IMG/VR virus record: IMGVR_UViG_3300033067_002582
Coordinates: 1-31,496 of that record
Source: a virus
Taxonomy: Duplodnaviria > Caudoviricetes
DNA: 31,496 nt
Direction: 5' to 3' (one strand)
A model generated the notes under the pieces. The model saw only the letters and a program-made list of their open reading frames with translations. It searched no databases and was not told the DNA's origin. Both the position numbers and the translations under genes were made by a program. Position 1 is the first letter of the stretch; each line of letters opens with the position of its first letter. This document shows positions 8,584 to 18,389 of this stretch, piece after piece.

Positions 8584-8763
8584 TCAAACCCTACGGGCCT
8601 TCCGATCGCTCTCGTGCGTCGGGCGTGCCTCCCCAGTCTCCTCCAGACGTTCGGCCAGTTCCTTGCGGTCCCCCGTCTTAACGATGCGGGACTGCCCGTC
8701 CTTGTCCGTGACCTCCAGAGCGTTGGCGTCCTCACACAACATACCGCGCTTTCCCTTGTTCAT
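8584..8763 (-). CDS. Small hypothetical protein (59 aa)
   Basis: ATGA overlap with the HU-like stop; MNKGKRGMLCEDANALEV... Confidence 0.6.
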   Translation of the reverse strand: MNKGKRGMLCEDANALEVTDKDGQSRIVKTGDRKELAERLEETGEARPTHESDRKARRV

Positions 8764-9245
8764 GCGAGCCTCCTTGGTTTGAAATCTTCGCCGTACACCG
8801 GCAGTTTGTACTCGTCGGGCTTGTGCTTCTCTTCCGGCCGCAGCCACAGGGCCTTGGTCATGATCGCGAGTTGCTTGGCGTGTTGGTCCTTGAATGACCC
8901 CGTTACGGGGCGCTTCTTGGACTTGTAGAGCGACAGGAGTTTGACCGGGACTTTGAGCCGCAGCCTCGCGGACTTCTCGACAACCTCGCCCTTGTAGTTC
9001 TTGCGGGTCCCCGGGAGCCGGATTGAGTAGACCACAACGCTCTTGGGAAGGCCCACGGGGCGTCCCTTAAGGATCAACTTGTTCATCTCTCGACCGATGA
9101 TCGCCACCATCGTCTCCACGTCCTGCCGGGACCGCGTCGTGTACTGGCACACCGCGTTCACCAGTTCCCGTGAGAAGACGTACCCGGCGTCCCGGGTGTT
9201 CCGGTGGTAGTTAATCCGCGTCGGCTTGATACGGATCTTCGACAT
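8760..9245 (-). CDS. HU/IHF-like DNA-binding protein
   Basis: SRELVNAVCQYTTRSRQDVETMVAIIGREMNKLILKGRPVGLP...RKNYKGEVVEKSAR fits the HU helix-helix-strand-arm pattern; ATG at 9245 after GGAGAGG. Confidence 0.7.
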   Translation of the reverse strand: MSKIRIKPTRINYHRNTRDAGYVFSRELVNAVCQYTTRSRQDVETMVAIIGREMNKLILKGRPVGLPKSVVVYSIRLPGTRKNYKGEVVEKSARLRLKVPVKLLSLYKSKKRPVTGSFKDQHAKQLAIMTKALWLRPEEKHKPDEYKLPVYGEDFKPRRLA

Positions 9246-10977
9246 CTTCGCCTCTCCGAATGCTCTGGATCTCCTTGAGGTTAGCCACAGCAGACAAGAC
9301 CTTGGGGTTTTTCTGAATCGCGGACACCACCGCCAAAATGCGCGCATCGTCAAGGTCAGGCACGCCGTTGTCCTCGTAAAACTCCCGGATCGTCGGCCCG
9401 CGGCGCGGTGCCGACTTGGCACCGTGCTGCGGCACCCTCTTCTTAATCCCCTTGCGGGGCTCCAGCGGGGCGGGCTTGAGCTTGCCACCCTGCGATCCCG
9501 GGCCTTCAAGTGTCTCGGGTGCGGGCGGCTTTGTCACGATCTTCCTGATCTGCTCGTCGGGCATATGGAGGATGTGCTTGTAGACCCACAGCGTATTCTC
9601 GTAGGCGTCCACGGTGCCGTTCGACACGTTCGTCAGACCGATAGCCTCGGCCGCGAGGTTCATCTGCATGACCTCCGCCTCAACGCGCTCCAACTGCTCG
9701 ATCATCCGGGGTGCCTGCATCTTGACCTTGAACGGCTTCGACCCGTTCTCCCCGTTGAGGCGGAACTTCATGCTCTCCACGTCGGGCTCCTTGAGCCTTG
9801 CGTGGATCTCGGCCATGCGGAAAAGAGCGATACAGGCATCGCGCTGGTGGGCCATGACAGTGCGGGCGTATGCAATGTTCTGAGACACCGCACTCCTGTT
9901 GGCCTTCCACGGGTCAGCGCCCACAGCGGTATCAGGGATCCCGAGAGCCGCGGGCGGTGTTTTGGTGTTGTTCGCGAACCTCTGGAGGAAGTAGTTGATG
10001 TCCTCCATTGCCGGGAGGTTCCCGGCGGACAACACGTCAGCCCGCGTAGAGGATTCCGGACGGGTACCGAGGAACACGTCGTCGGTAGACGTGAGCGAGT
10101 TGTACTCGTGCTTCAGGCGTTGGAGCGTGGGGTCAAGCACCTGCTTCCGTCGAAACTTGTTCTTGACATCCTGCACGATGTCATGGGCCACAGCCACCGG
10201 GGCGTCACCCACGTCGATGTACCACGCGGTGCGGTCCTGCCGCTGCATGCGGGCCAAGAGCGCCGCGTCTTCCGCCATAGTCACCTGCATCCACGACCGC
10301 ACCGCGTCAGCCAGGAGAGACTTCCCGTACGGCGTGTACCGGTGGTTCGTCCCCACCAGACGGCAGAAGTGCAAGTAGTCCCACGGGTAGCTGACCGGGC
10401 TACCGTCTTTGTTGGCGTCCGTGACACGAAACAGGTGGCCCTTCTCCTTGTACCCTTGGAGCCTCTTGGTCAGGGGGTCCATAACGATCGTCATGTCACG
10501 GATGACCGTCTGAACCGTACCGGTGACGCCCTCTCTATCGCTGTAAAGCAACCGGACAAACTCGGACCCGTACAACAGCATCCCCCGGACCCACCCGTAA
10601 ATCTTGTCGTCGGCCTGTACCGCCTTGAACATCTCCTTGGTCAACTCGACGACGTTGTTCTCGCCCTCGAACAAGAAGATGGCCCCAGTCTCCGGGTCGT
10701 GGGCGCACGTATCGGCCGCGTGCATATCGACCACGGCGCTGGCAAGACCTTGGGCGTCCATGTCCTCAATGAGCGTGTTGAGCGTTTCCCTCGGGAGACG
10801 AGGGTAGACGCTGGTACCGGTCACCAACGACTGTTGGTTCGACGCCTCAAACGCGGCATTCCACGTATTCCGCTGATCGAGGACGTCGGGCTCACCCGGA
10901 CGGCGGGGCACACCCATACCGCCAAACAGGCTCAACAAGCCCAGGATGTCTTCGTTCAAGCGTGAGAAAATGCGCAT
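9211..10977 (-). CDS. Portal protein, T4 gp20-like
   Basis: R..RTAWYIDVGDAP, DDVFL..R, EDINYF resemble gp20-family motifs; directly downstream of terL; ATG at 10977 after GAGG. Confidence 0.85.
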   Translation of the reverse strand: MRIFSRLNEDILGLLSLFGGMGVPRRPGEPDVLDQRNTWNAAFEASNQQSLVTGTSVYPRLPRETLNTLIEDMDAQGLASAVVDMHAADTCAHDPETGAIFLFEGENNVVELTKEMFKAVQADDKIYGWVRGMLLYGSEFVRLLYSDREGVTGTVQTVIRDMTIVMDPLTKRLQGYKEKGHLFRVTDANKDGSPVSYPWDYLHFCRLVGTNHRYTPYGKSLLADAVRSWMQVTMAEDAALLARMQRQDRTAWYIDVGDAPVAVAHDIVQDVKNKFRRKQVLDPTLQRLKHEYNSLTSTDDVFLGTRPESSTRADVLSAGNLPAMEDINYFLQRFANNTKTPPAALGIPDTAVGADPWKANRSAVSQNIAYARTVMAHQRDACIALFRMAEIHARLKEPDVESMKFRLNGENGSKPFKVKMQAPRMIEQLERVEAEVMQMNLAAEAIGLTNVSNGTVDAYENTLWVYKHILHMPDEQIRKIVTKPPAPETLEGPGSQGGKLKPAPLEPRKGIKKRVPQHGAKSAPRRGPTIREFYEDNGVPDLDDARILAVVSAIQKNPKVLSAVANLKEIQSIRRGEDVEDPYQADAD

Positions 10978-10979
10978 CG

Positions 10980-13082
10980 TTACCTCACCTGTCGGAACTG
11001 GTCCCATGAAATCTGTGTTCGGCCTTGGATCGTAGGGGGATGGAGTACGTTAGACACGGGTACAGCGTCATTCGGCAGAACGATCTCCGAACCGCCGACA
11101 CCGCGGATTGCGTCGGCAAAGTTGGTCAACGTATAGCAGACAGCCGCGACCGCATCGGCCACGTCCTTGCCGCCGGGGGTGCCGTCGCTGAACTTTGCGG
11201 GGTGGTCCACCTTCCCGACGTTCACGTCACGCTCAAGATGCACCAGTTCTTTGGTCAGGCGTTGGTAGGGGTAGTACCAGATCCGGTTCGAATAGATCGC
11301 TTGCCGGAGCGTGATGTAGGCGTCCTCGTCCCGGTCCACCGACACCGTCTCCGATTCAAACCGCAGCTTCCGCATGATCTGACACGTATCACGCCCGTAC
11401 GAGCCGTCGGTCGTCACCCTCGTCAGCGGCAGACCGGAATCACGGAGCATGATGAGGAAAGCCCGGACCTTGCCCCAATCGATCTCACCCTTCGACGGCG
11501 GGTTAATCCGGATCATCATGTCGATGTAGATGATGAGTTGGCGGTCGTTGTAGGTCATCCCGTCATTGGGGTTCGACCGCTTGATGTGCTTGATGCCGTG
11601 GACATGGCCGATCGCCAACCCGAGAGAGTCGTTGTTCAACCCCATGTCGATGTGCGCGAACCTTGGCATATGCGGGTCAAGGCGTGGCACGTACCGGCTG
11701 TTCTCGATCTTGAAGACCTTCTTGTGGTCGAAATACTCCTCCATCACCGTATCGTCCCGGTCCGACAGCGTGATCTCTTCGCGGGTAAAGGGGTGCTCCC
11801 AGGCGTCCGTCTCGCACTCCTTGATACGGGTCCTGTCGCGGAACAACGGGGCCATGCCGAACGTCGCGACACCGGCGATATCCCTGAGGGCCCGGTCGGT
11901 GTCGCTGACAAAGCTGGCCTTGAACTCCCCCGGCACCTCGATGACCTTCGCACCGTCCCGGCTCTCGGCCTCAGCGTCCGCCTGCGTGGACGCTTCGAGG
12001 ATCCGCGAGGGGTTCATCTGGTCCCCGACCTCGACGTAGAACTTGGGCTTGGTGTAGAGGCGTGGGTCATTCTTGACCTCCCACCGGGCATACTCGCGAA
12101 CGATGCACTCCCCGGAGGCTACCCGGCCTGTATCGATCGCGTCCCTCCGGCGTCGTTCAAGGAACGCAGTCTCGTCCTGCTTCGACGACATGAGGAACGA
12201 GATGCCCGGCACCATGCCGCCGGGACGCATGAATCGGGACTGCATCCGGTTAATGACCGAGTCGTAGAGCTTCTCGGCCTCGCCCCGAGCGCCGGGGTCC
12301 ACGGCCTTGGCCCGCTGCGACGGTTGCTGGAAGAATGACGCCTCGTCCATGCAGTATCCGAAGAGGTCCACACCGATGGAGTGGAACATCTTGGAGCCGA
12401 CACGAACGTGCAGCTTTTGCTCGTTGAACCTGATCGACGACAGGAGGCGACGGTTGAAGTCGAACTTCTCCTCGAAGTACGGGCACCCCTCGATCATCTC
12501 GCGGACACGGTCGTAACCGACGTCGTTCGCCTGCGCCATCGTCAGCGAATACATGCCCAGCACGATCGTGGAACCGTTGGCAAGCTGGTAGTATTTCGCG
12601 GGGTTCCTGAGGCACGAAAGCCGGTAGGCGATGAACACCAGGGCCACGGCCGCGACCCAGGTCTTACCGATACCGATCGCACCCCCGAGAAGCACCTCTT
12701 GGACCTTAGACCCCGGGGCGAAAATCTCATAGACCAGATCGCGCCACACCGGGAACATCGTGGTGGTGTACCGCCCGAGGTAATACTCGTCCTCGATGAA
12801 CTGCTCGATCGTCACCGGCTTCCACTTGTAGTCAATCTCCCAGATTTGAGAGAAGGCGGACGTTGCCGTGGCCCCGCTGTCCATCATGTCCTGAAGGATC
12901 TGGATCGCAAGACGCCGATCCTCGATGTTCATGTGTTCGAGGATTTTGGCGATCTCTTCGTCCCGCTTGCGGGTCAGGTGGTCCTTGAGTTCCCGGTAAG
13001 CGCGGCCGTCAACCTTGCCGAGGAAGACATCCTCGTGCTTCTTGTCGCCCAACGATGACAAGATGTCGTCAGGCTTTGCCAT
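10980..13082 (-). CDS. terL: Terminase large subunit
   Basis: Walker A GGAIGIGKT, Walker B YCMDE, nuclease AHIDMG, KVDHP...KDVADAVA. Confidence 0.92.
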   Translation of the reverse strand: MAKPDDILSSLGDKKHEDVFLGKVDGRAYRELKDHLTRKRDEEIAKILEHMNIEDRRLAIQILQDMMDSGATATSAFSQIWEIDYKWKPVTIEQFIEDEYYLGRYTTTMFPVWRDLVYEIFAPGSKVQEVLLGGAIGIGKTWVAAVALVFIAYRLSCLRNPAKYYQLANGSTIVLGMYSLTMAQANDVGYDRVREMIEGCPYFEEKFDFNRRLLSSIRFNEQKLHVRVGSKMFHSIGVDLFGYCMDEASFFQQPSQRAKAVDPGARGEAEKLYDSVINRMQSRFMRPGGMVPGISFLMSSKQDETAFLERRRRDAIDTGRVASGECIVREYARWEVKNDPRLYTKPKFYVEVGDQMNPSRILEASTQADAEAESRDGAKVIEVPGEFKASFVSDTDRALRDIAGVATFGMAPLFRDRTRIKECETDAWEHPFTREEITLSDRDDTVMEEYFDHKKVFKIENSRYVPRLDPHMPRFAHIDMGLNNDSLGLAIGHVHGIKHIKRSNPNDGMTYNDRQLIIYIDMMIRINPPSKGEIDWGKVRAFLIMLRDSGLPLTRVTTDGSYGRDTCQIMRKLRFESETVSVDRDEDAYITLRQAIYSNRIWYYPYQRLTKELVHLERDVNVGKVDHPAKFSDGTPGGKDVADAVAAVCYTLTNFADAIRGVGGSEIVLPNDAVPVSNVLHPPTIQGRTQISWDQFRQVR

Positions 13083-13773
13083 CCGTCTCCATTCCCCGAG
13101 TCGGGGAGTTGGGCATAGCGTTGAGCCTCTTCTTCCCCAACTCCGTCAACTCCTCGTCCGTCTTGGCGTACACCGTGAGGATCTGCGTCAAGGCCGTGCG
13201 GACCCTCTCCCGCTGCGTCACGGCGTGCACATCGTACTTGGAGCGGTCCTCTTTCACGGGCTCACCGTCAACGTTCTTGGTCGTGACCTTGACGTCCGCC
13301 CCGACCAGCATCTTCACGTTGACCTCGTTATCCCAGGTGATACCGCACCGCGTCAGGATGTCCTGCGCGACCCGGTACTGGTCCATCGTCGGGATCATCT
13401 GAGGCGGCTGTATGTTCCCGGCCTCGTCCGGCAGCGTCCCGCGCAGCGACAGGGCGACAACACGGAGCGCCATCGGGATCATGGCGCACATTCGCACGCG
13501 GGCCATGAACCGGTGCCTCTCCAGCAAGCCCGGCCCGTCGGCCATGTTCGCCATCTGCCGATCCATCTCTTTGCGGACGTTTGTGCGGGCGAAGAACTTC
13601 GCCTGTGTGTCGCTATCCCATCCGAGTTCGTCAAGGTACGAGTTGCCCCGGATCACAAGCTGCTCAATGTGGGCCCGCTCCTGCGCAGTGAGTTTGGCGT
13701 CCTCCACCATGCGGGAGGACTCTTCGACAAACCCGGCACGGATAGCGTCGTCCTTTTGGGGGCGCTTTGCCAC
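13069..13773 (-). CDS. Probable terminase small subunit
   Basis: Helical 234-aa ORF overlapping the terL start; called from position only. Confidence 0.5.
   Translation of the reverse strand: MAKRPQKDDAIRAGFVEESSRMVEDAKLTAQERAHIEQLVIRGNSYLDELGWDSDTQAKFFARTNVRKEMDRQMANMADGPGLLERHRFMARVRMCAMIPMALRVVALSLRGTLPDEAGNIQPPQMIPTMDQYRVAQDILTRCGITWDNEVNVKMLVGADVKVTTKNVDGEPVKEDRSKYDVHAVTQRERVRTALTQILTVYAKTDEELTELGKKRLNAMPNSPTRGMETDGKA
13092..13108. promoter_or_regulatory. 17-bp palindromic site, copy 4 (TTCCCCGAGTCGGGGAG)
   Basis: Immediately before the TGGAG SD of terL. Confidence 0.8.
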
Positions 13774-13776
13774 GGC

Positions 13777-14316
13777 TCACACCCCGATGGAGGCGATCTT
13801 TGTTGCGTGGTCCCGCACAGCAGCGGATTTCAGGTCGTAAAGAAACTCCGCGAGCATGCAGTACACCGCGTCAGGACGCCGAAGGAAGACACGGACCTTC
13901 CCACCACACAACTCCTGAATCTTCCGGTGCTGGGCGGGTGACATGCGCACGTAGTAGTCCATGTGGGGCTTGGTAAACACCAGCAACGGCGTGCGGTCCG
14001 ACTTCCTCGCAGCCTTGCACGACTGAGCCCACCACGACGCCAACTGCTTGGACTTTCCCCGGACGATCTCGTCGAAGGACCACGACTTCTGAGCCTTGAT
14101 CTCGATCGAGAACGGCCACCCCGGCGGCCCTTGGATATCCGCCTTCATGTCAACGTGCCCACCCCATCCGCCGCTGTTCGGGGTACGTCGGAAAGGGAGG
14201 TCCCACGCTTTAGCCTTCTTCGCGGACTTCAGCGGGAACTTCGCGGGGTCCCACCACGCCGCAAGACGCCGACAAACCTCGATTTCCGTCTTTTTCCAAC
14301 TTCTGCTGCTACCCAT
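13777..14316 (-). CDS. Holliday junction resolvase (PD-(D/E)xK)
   Basis: E..VC..L..WW, FRRTPNSGG, ADI, SIEIK, WWAQ, PLLVF; ATG at 14316 after GGAG. Confidence 0.82.
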   Translation of the reverse strand: MGSSRSWKKTEIEVCRRLAAWWDPAKFPLKSAKKAKAWDLPFRRTPNSGGWGGHVDMKADIQGPPGWPFSIEIKAQKSWSFDEIVRGKSKQLASWWAQSCKAARKSDRTPLLVFTKPHMDYYVRMSPAQHRKIQELCGGKVRVFLRRPDAVYCMLAEFLYDLKSAAVRDHATKIASIGV

Positions 14317-14333
14317 ACAGGCTCCGTTTGAAG

Positions 14334-14368
14334 ACGGCACGGCGTGCCGTGATACGGGTAGTTTAGCA
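14334..14368 (-). promoter_or_regulatory. Candidate extended -10 promoter (TGcTAAACT, 14368-14360) followed by a perfect palindrome ACGGCACG-G-CGTGCCGT (14334-14350)
   Basis: Read directly at the methyltransferase/resolvase junction; no clear -35. Confidence 0.4.
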
Positions 14369-15094
14369 CCACGCAACGTCCCCGAGGGATCCCCTCCAGA
14401 CACCCAGCATGTGCGGCCACTCTTGCCCGTCCACGCTGGTCGATGCCAGAGACAAGCCCGAGAGCGTCGATTCGGGATAAATCTCCCCATCGTGCAGGGT
14501 GCGGTACATCGGCGGATCCGTCTGCACCTTCTCGGCCACCTGCCTCCGGTTCAGGTACCCATCGGGGGACGCGACCCACAGTTCCGATGGGCGGTAATGC
14601 GACAGGAACTCCGGGATCGTCAACTCCCGGCAATGGTGGTGATTCTGGCACCGGGACCGCGTGAAGTTGGGAGTAGTGACGAACACACCGCGGCGTGCCA
14701 CCCGTAGAAGATTCCGAAGGAACGTCAGGTCGTCCACGACGTGTTCGATCACGTCAAAGCAGGTGACGAAGTCCACCGAGAGGTCGCCCATCTCGGAGAT
14801 ATCGCGGACAACGACGCTGTCGTGGAGGCCCGTCAACCGCTTATCCACGTCGATGCCGCCCACGTAGTTCGTACTGGCCTTGTCCCGGAGAAGCCTCAGA
14901 CCCTCGTACGACACCCCCGTCCCCACGTCGAGGATCGACGGGCGGTTCAGGTCGGTGGCCGTCTCGGTTGCAATGTACGACCCTACGAACTCGTACCACC
15001 CGAGTTGGCACGGCTCTCTGCCCGCCTCCAGATTGTGATCGAATCCGCACGGGACGGGTAGGCGTACGACTGTCTTGGACTGTGTCAGTGTCAT
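14363..15094 (-). CDS. Class I SAM-dependent methyltransferase (small-molecule type)
   Basis: ILDVGTG motif I, GIDVD, DFVTCFDVIEHV, VTTPN; no DPPY or PC motif of DNA methylases. Confidence 0.8.
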   Translation of the reverse strand: MTLTQSKTVVRLPVPCGFDHNLEAGREPCQLGWYEFVGSYIATETATDLNRPSILDVGTGVSYEGLRLLRDKASTNYVGGIDVDKRLTGLHDSVVVRDISEMGDLSVDFVTCFDVIEHVVDDLTFLRNLLRVARRGVFVTTPNFTRSRCQNHHHCRELTIPEFLSHYRPSELWVASPDGYLNRRQVAEKVQTDPPMYRTLHDGEIYPESTLSGLSLASTSVDGQEWPHMLGVWRGSLGDVAWC

Positions 15095-16929
15095 GTGTTG
15101 CTCTGCGTGATGGTCGATACTCCGCGCCTCTTCACAACGGTAACAGTGCTGTCCGCGGCGTCTTGGATTACGGGGTCGTGACTGATGTAGACAATCTGAC
15201 GCGCAAGAGAACCGTCGCGGAAGAGTTTGAGCATACTCTCGACGCCCTCGGTATCCAGTCCGTCCGCGAGTTCATCAATAAAAATCTGTTCGCACCGGCA
15301 CCGTGACCTCTCCTGCATGAGGCCCCGGATGGCGAACAGGACACAAAGGTCTGTGCGGGTCCGTTCCCCGTTGGAAAGATCCTCATAGCAGCTACCGCCC
15401 TCCTGGTTCTCTACGTGGATCTTGAAGTCAGAGCGGGCACCCTTGGCCGTATTCTCAAAACGGATGGTGTACATCCCGTCCGTGAGGATCTTGGCGATCG
15501 GCTCGACGTGCTCGTTAAGTGTCGGTGCCACCGCGTCAAGGATGAGACTCGGGATGCCGTCACGGCCGAAACCCGACTGCCAGTAGCGATAGATGGCCGC
15601 CCTACCCCGGAGCCGCTTAACAGCCTTCGCATCGTCCTCCGACTTCCCGCGGAACTGGCTCAATGACTTCTGGGCCGCCTCAACCTTACCCTTGGCGCGG
15701 TCGTACCGCTGCCGGTACGACGGGTCCTCCTGTGCGGCATCGTGGTAAGCCCTCGACGCCGCAGTCAGGTCGATACCGGCCTCCCGCACCTTGTCGGCCG
15801 TTCCGAGCACCGGTGCCGCTGCGTCATGGTCGTCCAGACGCTTCTTCGCAGAGGCGTACGCTTCACGGTCCTTGGTATGCTGAAGGTCAAGTTGGTGGTA
15901 CATCGCAGCCGCGTTCTGCGCGTTTGCCTTGAGGTTTTCTTCGTGGTCGCCCCTGTCGCTCTTACCCAGGGGCCTCCGGCACGTCGGGCACACCGAGGCA
16001 TTCTTGTGTTCCTTCCACGCCGCGTGTGCCGCACGGGATTCTGCGCGGGCGACCGCAAGGGCCTCGCCCGCTTCGCGCTCCACCCTTCCCAACGACTCCA
16101 CGCGATCGGCCAGAGCCTTACGGTCCGACTCCCACTTGGCGAACCTTGCCGCGTGGTCCTTCCGCTCCTTGATGCTCTTGCGGAGCAACACGGCCAGACG
16201 ACCAGCGGCCGACATGTGCTTCTCGTAGGCGACGACCCCCCGTTCGGCGCACTGACGGACGTGCGCTCTCCACTCCTTCTCCGCTTCGACACACTCGACA
16301 CGCCGCTCCTCAAGAGAGTCCTCCAGTTCTCTCTTGCGTTGCTCGTGCCGCTCGATGGCGGACTCAAGGTCCTCGACCTTACCATCGATCTCGCGAGCCT
16401 TCTCCTTCGCGGCGTCAGAAGCGACCAGCAGGCTCCCGATGCCGACCATCTCTTCGAGAATCTTGGTACGTTCCGCCGGTTGCATGCGGCAGAAAGCGCT
16501 GATAGCCCCGCCGAAGACCACAGTCCGCACAAACAGGTCGTAGGTGAACCCGATCTTCCGTTCGATCAGGTCTTGAGCGCCGGTCGCGGTCGAAATGTCC
16601 TTGCCGTTGACCGCTACGCCCGAGGAACGGCTCCCACGGTACCGCTTGACCGTCAGCCCCTTCCCGTCGTCCAGCATCAGGGACACCTCAACCCAGCACT
16701 CCTTCGCCCCCTGTCGGATGAGGTTCCCGGCCGGGCGCTTCGACATCTCCCGTCCATAGAGACACCACACAATCGCGTTGAAGATAGACGACTTCCCCGC
16801 CCCGTTCGAGGAAGCCCCGGCCCCGGACACCTTGCCGCGAACCAGCGTGAGCGGGGACAACCTTTCGAAGTTGACTGTACCGTCGCCGATCGTGTTGACG
16901 TTATGGATGGTGACCTGACGGATCTTCAT
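15091..16929 (-). CDS. sbcC: SbcC/Rad50/gp46-like SMC ATPase
   Basis: NGAGKSS, coiled coils, CPTC zinc hook, LSNGE signature, IFIDE, ISHD. Confidence 0.93.
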   Translation of the reverse strand: MKIRQVTIHNVNTIGDGTVNFERLSPLTLVRGKVSGAGASSNGAGKSSIFNAIVWCLYGREMSKRPAGNLIRQGAKECWVEVSLMLDDGKGLTVKRYRGSRSSGVAVNGKDISTATGAQDLIERKIGFTYDLFVRTVVFGGAISAFCRMQPAERTKILEEMVGIGSLLVASDAAKEKAREIDGKVEDLESAIERHEQRKRELEDSLEERRVECVEAEKEWRAHVRQCAERGVVAYEKHMSAAGRLAVLLRKSIKERKDHAARFAKWESDRKALADRVESLGRVEREAGEALAVARAESRAAHAAWKEHKNASVCPTCRRPLGKSDRGDHEENLKANAQNAAAMYHQLDLQHTKDREAYASAKKRLDDHDAAAPVLGTADKVREAGIDLTAASRAYHDAAQEDPSYRQRYDRAKGKVEAAQKSLSQFRGKSEDDAKAVKRLRGRAAIYRYWQSGFGRDGIPSLILDAVAPTLNEHVEPIAKILTDGMYTIRFENTAKGARSDFKIHVENQEGGSCYEDLSNGERTRTDLCVLFAIRGLMQERSRCRCEQIFIDELADGLDTEGVESMLKLFRDGSLARQIVYISHDPVIQDAADSTVTVVKRRGVSTITQSNT

Positions 16930-17510
16930 TGATTGCTGCTCGCGGCGTATATCACGAGCCGGTTCCGCACACGCGAGAACACGGCCTCTGGGGTCGTGTC
17001 AGTGTACACGATATCCACCCGCTTCCCGTGGAAGTTGAGACGCATGAGGACCTCGTAGTACGCCACGCGGTCGTTACGGATCCGAGGGAGTGCCAACGTC
17101 TCAAGGTCCGCCCCGCTCCTAGACGCGCGGGCCCGGTTCTCAGACTCCTCGATCGAACACGTCAGCAGTAGGTAGCGGGATACGCCCAATGCGACCATCG
17201 CATCGGTCTGGGGAATATCGCGCGGTTGACCGTCCACGAACACGAACGCACGGCCCTCCCTGCGGCCACGATCGATCCCCTCAACACACAGGTCCCACGC
17301 CTCTTGGGCCGTGTGCTTGGGGTTGTTCTGACCTTGGAAATACTCCGGTGGGTACTTAGCCCGGAGCATCTTGCCGACTTCGACGAACGACGCCCGCTCC
17401 CCGAGTTCCGTCTTCAACCGCTCCAACAGCGTGGACTTCCCGGCGCACGTCGGACCCATGATCGCCACGACCACCGTAGGAAACTTGTCTTGCACAATGC
17501 ACTTCAGCAT
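16926..17510 (-). CDS. Nucleoside monophosphate kinase (adenylate kinase family)
   Basis: GPTCAGKST P-loop, VGKMLR, VDGQPR...Q. Confidence 0.8.
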   Translation of the reverse strand: MLKCIVQDKFPTVVVAIMGPTCAGKSTLLERLKTELGERASFVEVGKMLRAKYPPEYFQGQNNPKHTAQEAWDLCVEGIDRGRREGRAFVFVDGQPRDIPQTDAMVALGVSRYLLLTCSIEESENRARASRSGADLETLALPRIRNDRVAYYEVLMRLNFHGKRVDIVYTDTTPEAVFSRVRNRLVIYAASSNQ

Positions 17511-17521
17511 AAGGACTCCTG

Positions 17522-17538
17522 TTCACCGACTCGGGGAA
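17522..17538. promoter_or_regulatory. 17-bp palindromic site, copy 5 (TTCACCGACTCGGGGAA)
   Basis: Contains the thyX TGA and precedes the AGGAG SD of the kinase. Confidence 0.8.
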
Positions 17539-18389
17539 ATAGTCTCCCACTTCGCCACCCACTCGGTCACTTCACGGGACGACACACCTTTGATGTCCGG
17601 CACCGTGGTATTCCGGAGGACAGACCGCAATGACTCCACCTCCTGACGGGTGAGGACCACGGCATCGCGGACATAGTCCGTCCACGCCTCAAGGCACACG
17701 GGCACCAGCGGGGCGAGGATCCTGAGCATCGCTTCCGCGTAGACACGGATCTCCTCCTGCGCGTGCTTGGACGCCCGAAGATTGAGGAAGTGCGTGGTGT
17801 TGTGCAGGTCGCACTTCCACGTCCACCGGGTGTACACGTTGAGGGGAAGACCCATGCGGGCCAACTCACGGGACACGCCGGACTCGGCAAACTCCGCGTA
17901 GTCCTCGTACTGCTCGTGGCACGTATCCTCAAGCCACTTGACGAAGCGCGCCGCCACGTCCCCACCGACGGCCCCGTCACTCCCCTGCTTGTTGGAACCC
18001 GACTGGGCCCGGACGCCGTCGGCACTCGGGATGTAGAACATGTCCGGGAGAACCGAGTACCGGCCGGATAGCTCGTTCACGTTCGCGGTGCGATGACGGA
18101 TGAACTGGCGTGCCACAAAGATCGGCATCGACATCACCCACTTGAACTCGACCTGCTCAAAGACCGAGGTATGGCGGTGCCGCATGCAGTACCGGATGAG
18201 GTTCCTGTCTTCTTCCGGTGACTTGAGCCCGAGCCCCGTCGATGTCCGTGCGGCCTGCACGACCGCAAAGTCACATGTCGGGCGTTCTGCGGGCACCATC
18301 CGGGGCATCGCGTCCACAAGTTCGACGAACCCGTGTGGCGGCAGACAGTCCACTCGCAGCGTCTTCCCTTCCATCACGTCAACATTCAT
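17523..18389 (-). CDS. thyX: FAD-dependent thymidylate synthase
   Basis: HTSVFE, RQFIRHRTANVNELSGRY (RHRx7S), ELAR..LP, HFLNLR, HAQEEIR. Confidence 0.96.
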   Translation of the reverse strand: MNVDVMEGKTLRVDCLPPHGFVELVDAMPRMVPAERPTCDFAVVQAARTSTGLGLKSPEEDRNLIRYCMRHRHTSVFEQVEFKWVMSMPIFVARQFIRHRTANVNELSGRYSVLPDMFYIPSADGVRAQSGSNKQGSDGAVGGDVAARFVKWLEDTCHEQYEDYAEFAESGVSRELARMGLPLNVYTRWTWKCDLHNTTHFLNLRASKHAQEEIRVYAEAMLRILAPLVPVCLEAWTDYVRDAVVLTRQEVESLRSVLRNTTVPDIKGVSSREVTEWVAKWETISPSR

